Positions 60,511-64,000 of a DNA stretch of 64,000 nucleotides are shown here, in pieces. The notes beneath the pieces were generated by a model. It saw only the letters and a program-made list of their open reading frames with translations. It searched no databases and had not been told where the DNA came from. The position numbers and the translations under genes were made by a program. This DNA is from Eledone cirrhosa (Eukaryota): NCBI GenBank assembly GCA_964016885.1, contig OZ024742.1, positions 75,144,001-75,208,000 on the forward strand, in the 5' to 3' direction. Position 1 is the first letter of the stretch; every line of letters begins with the position of its first letter.

Positions 60511-63363
60511 CAACCCCTTACTCGCAATATTCGTTTCATTTAGTATGGTCACGCCGATGAAGTGACAGCAGTTTCTTTCATGTTCAACAATGTCCGGTCA
60601 GTGATGCTTAATAATCCCAGATATATAATATACAATATGCATTGTTTTGAAAACGTATAATGGAGTGAGAATACCAGCCTAGGTAGTACACGTTACGCTG
60701 GTCTTAGGAATGAAAGGACGGAAGAATACGAGGGTCATCATTAAATTCATCAACATCTATGTTGGCCTATGGCTCATGGTCACTGTCGTGGTGTAATATG
60801 ATCCCGTCATCAGCATTGGCATGACTTTAGGGCACATGTGGTCAGTTGAGGTTACTATGGGCATACAAGGCGTCATTATTCTACAAAACTACAAACCAGT
60901 TCTAGGCTTGAGTTAAGTTGTAATAGTCAAACGAAAGGGTAGAAATCATAGCTGCTACACCTGGCAGCAAAAGTCATTTACCAAGAAGAGCTGAAAGGAA
61001 AACCGTCTATAACAGCGCGTTAGCTAGGGTAGCATTCGACGCTACTCAGGAAACAAGGGATAGCTAGGAAGCCATGAAAACAGCGAGATACAAAGGAAGC
61101 TACTCACAGTTCTACCACCCAATCCTTTGAAAATGGAAACCAGATGGAGCTTGATGTAGATGCCTTGTAAAGATTTACATGAGAGAAAGTAATAAAAAGT
61201 GAAATGCATCCTTCAATCCTTCAGTCCATTATATATCGTTACATACAATAATATTATTATTGCTTCGTAAGACCCTTTTTAATGCCATCATTACAGGTTG
61301 GTGAGAGAACACAATAAAGATAACCGAGTATCAGGTCGGGGTGTTAAACCAGTCGACGAATTGCAACTAGAACCAAGAAATGGAGACCTTTCTCTGGTGA
61401 GGTTCCATTTATTTTCCGCATATAAAATACCTCTCATAAGTCTTGGAAAACTCGAAGTTATTGCAGAAGACACTTTTCCATGTTGCCAAACAATCTTACT
61501 GAAGCCCAAATATAACAGCTTCTTTTCTTTTTGCACGATTTAATTTCATGCGTTTTGGTATCAACAAATTATTTCTTTAAAATCCTATCTTGTTCGCTCA
61601 TGAAATAAGCAGACAGATAAGAGGAAAGCAGTGCTGGTTTGCAATAGTGCTTTTTGAGTATACACGATTCAAATTGGATTGCCATGCCGAGGAAAAGTAA
61701 AACGACGTATGTTACTGCCAAATATCTTAGAATTTAGGCTTCGATCTAGCAAACCAACTCATACAACTTATACGGCATCAGGTTTCTATATTAACTGTAG
61801 AAACTATGTATAAACACATCATCGGTGACATGATAAATAACTGATTTTACAACTTGTTGTCTTTTGCCATATCTATGTAGCCATATTGTGCAATAATTCA
61901 TACGATTGACACACAATTCAATTTGCATATTCTTTTGAAGATAGCCGGAAAGAATATCCTACATGGAATTAGTTCCGAGTTAGGAAAATATAGGGAAATT
62001 ATTTAGAATGGGATTTGCAGTATAAGACACATAGGAAAAGCATAAGATGCCAGACAAGCGAACATAATATATCTAGTGAATGAAGAGAAATAAAAGAAAG
62101 GTAGATTATAATAAGTACTCTGATACTTTATTATACTAAATATACATGTCTTAGACATGTTTTAAAACACGCAGCATATCTCTACGGAATTATTTTCTCT
62201 TAATATTTTATTCAGTGTAGCAGGATCAATTATACGACAGCAATTAATCAAAGAGGATAATCGAAAATTTATTCGGTGTAGAATTGTTTGTGGTTTGTGT
62301 GCACTGTGACTCAATGCACAGATATGAACATAACGATTTAGCAAAACCAATTCAATGATCTGCTGGAAGCTTCTTAAACACAACTGACCATTAAAAATGA
62401 AAAATTACTTTTGCTGTTTATCCAATTTCAGTCGTAAAGAAATAAAAGAAGAAAATTTTAACCTGCATCACGTTGCAGAAATTAGTGCTTGGTTTCAATA
62501 TTATGCCATTTACATGAACAACATTTTGAAATATCTTTTCAAAAAATAAAATCCGTTGAAAACCAAACTTTACCGAGCTCTATAGACTTTCAGTATTGAA
62601 ATCCAAATTTATTTTTTATAGTTGATAATTTCAGAAAAACTACGACACAAGCAAAATAAGAAACAGAATAAAAAGTAAAAGAAGAGCAAAGGGAAAAGTG
62701 AAAAAATGCAGCTATATTTCAGCAATGTCTAAACAGAACAGAGATAAAAAATGTGGGAACGGTTGGTTGTTGTTAGATTTGAAATGTATTCGTTGAAGAA
62801 AGTATTCTTGAGTGAAATATAATAAAACAAATAAAGAGAAAAAGGTTAGATTGCAGTACTGAACTGTATTAAAAATACATTAAAATGCCATTCTTTCCAA
62901 CCATTTAAAAAAAAATTCATGTATCCCCCTCCGCACACACATACACACACACATGCAGTTCCACATTTTTTATTCACATTTGTTATAAAGATTGTTGCCG
63001 ATTCTTTCCAAATAATAAATTATAACAAAAATAGTTATAAGAAGAAATTTACAGTGATGTAAGGATATATTTAAACAAATGCGAAGTAGTCTAGTTAGGT
63101 TAAATAAAAGGATGACGGATTTTGTTCTTTAAGATGAGCCTATGTGCATTAAGTCGGGATATTTTCAGATAGACACAGATTTTATTGGAAATTTCTACAT
63201 ATATTATTTTACATACTGATGACGAAAAAACAACCAAATGTATCTATCCTCTACCTCTCAAATCAACCAGCGGCTAGTAAAAAGAACAAAAACAACAACA
63301 ACAGCAGCCAGAAAAATGAAACGTGTGCAGGTACACACACACACATATACATATATATATATA

Positions 63364-63613
63364 ATAATAATAATACAAGGACGATTTGTTAAACCTTCAT
63401 TACGTTTATTGACGCGCATTTCGCTATTGATCAGCTCAAGGTTCGATCTGTATCGATCTGGCCCGACTCTGGAATCAAAAGCTCGTCAGACCTCTGCTGT
63501 AGTAATGACAGAATCGATACAGATCGAAACTTTAGCTGACCAATAGCGATACGCACGTCACCAGTCAATAAAAGTAATGAAGGCTTAACAAATCGTCCTT
63601 GTATTATTATATT
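63364..63613. mobile_element. Foldback element with long-helix-II HHR
   Basis: 63364-63455 is inverted at ~63513-63613; minus strand CTGACGA-GCT...AGC-GAAA-TGCGCG-TC at 63411-63489; homolog at 31635-31721. Confidence 0.7.
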
Positions 63614-63782
63614 ACACTCTGTCTAGCTCTACACCTCGCCATTGACGTGAACCTAAACATCGACTGCTCACCTGGAGGAACCTACAGTAACTTCACGTTA
63701 CACTCCCTGGATATATGGCCGGATGGCTGGAACAGGTAAAAGAGTAAAATATTATATATATATTCTTTTATTAAGGCTAAAC

Positions 63783-63820
63783 CTGATGACCCTGTGATAA
63801 ACAGGCGAAACTCCAGAGTA
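63783..63820 (+). ncRNA. Hammerhead core in a ~140-bp TA-flanked insert; helix I not evident
   Basis: CTGATGA-C-CCTG-tgataaa-CAGG-C-GAAA-CTC-ca-GAG-TA. Confidence 0.65.
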
Positions 63821-63895
63821 ACAAGACTCACTAACTAGTATTAATAAAATGACTATTAAAATCCTATTTCGCTATTGAGTACCCGTCAACCACAT

Positions 63896-63947
<52 letters not shown>

Positions 63948-64000
63948 AAGACTATGTCACTTACTTCTTTGTTTTTCCTTCTTTTTTTCGGCAAAGAAGG

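Noticed and set aside
61291-61543. Overlapping 81-aa ORFs on both strands
   Set aside because: No homology recognised, non-ATG starts, no supported splice structure.

Overview
AT-rich, microsatellite-dense eukaryotic DNA. The repeated SINE suggests an octopod cephalopod, but that is inference. I found no credible host protein-coding gene; almost all listed ORFs are simple-repeat artefacts. Identifiable content: a 5.7 kb cryptic (ACA/CCA/ATA)n array, a decayed mariner transposon, RTE-, R4/Dong- and CR1/L2-like LINE remnants, about 15 tRNA-derived SINE copies, non-autonomous Helitron-like elements, and several 5'-truncated Penelope-like elements (PLEs; RT and GIY-YIG remnants of at least three types). 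The main signal is about 25-28 hammerhead-ribozyme (HHR) motifs from more than ten unrelated families, found by eye. Some lie in PLE 3' ends. Others lie in short non-coding elements built as a partial tandem repeat plus an inverted copy, most of them abutting (TA)n tracts. Several carry a compensated U3-A8 core (TTGANAA), palindromic minimal helix III, or a long helix II. All folds were paired by hand and none is experimentally tested.
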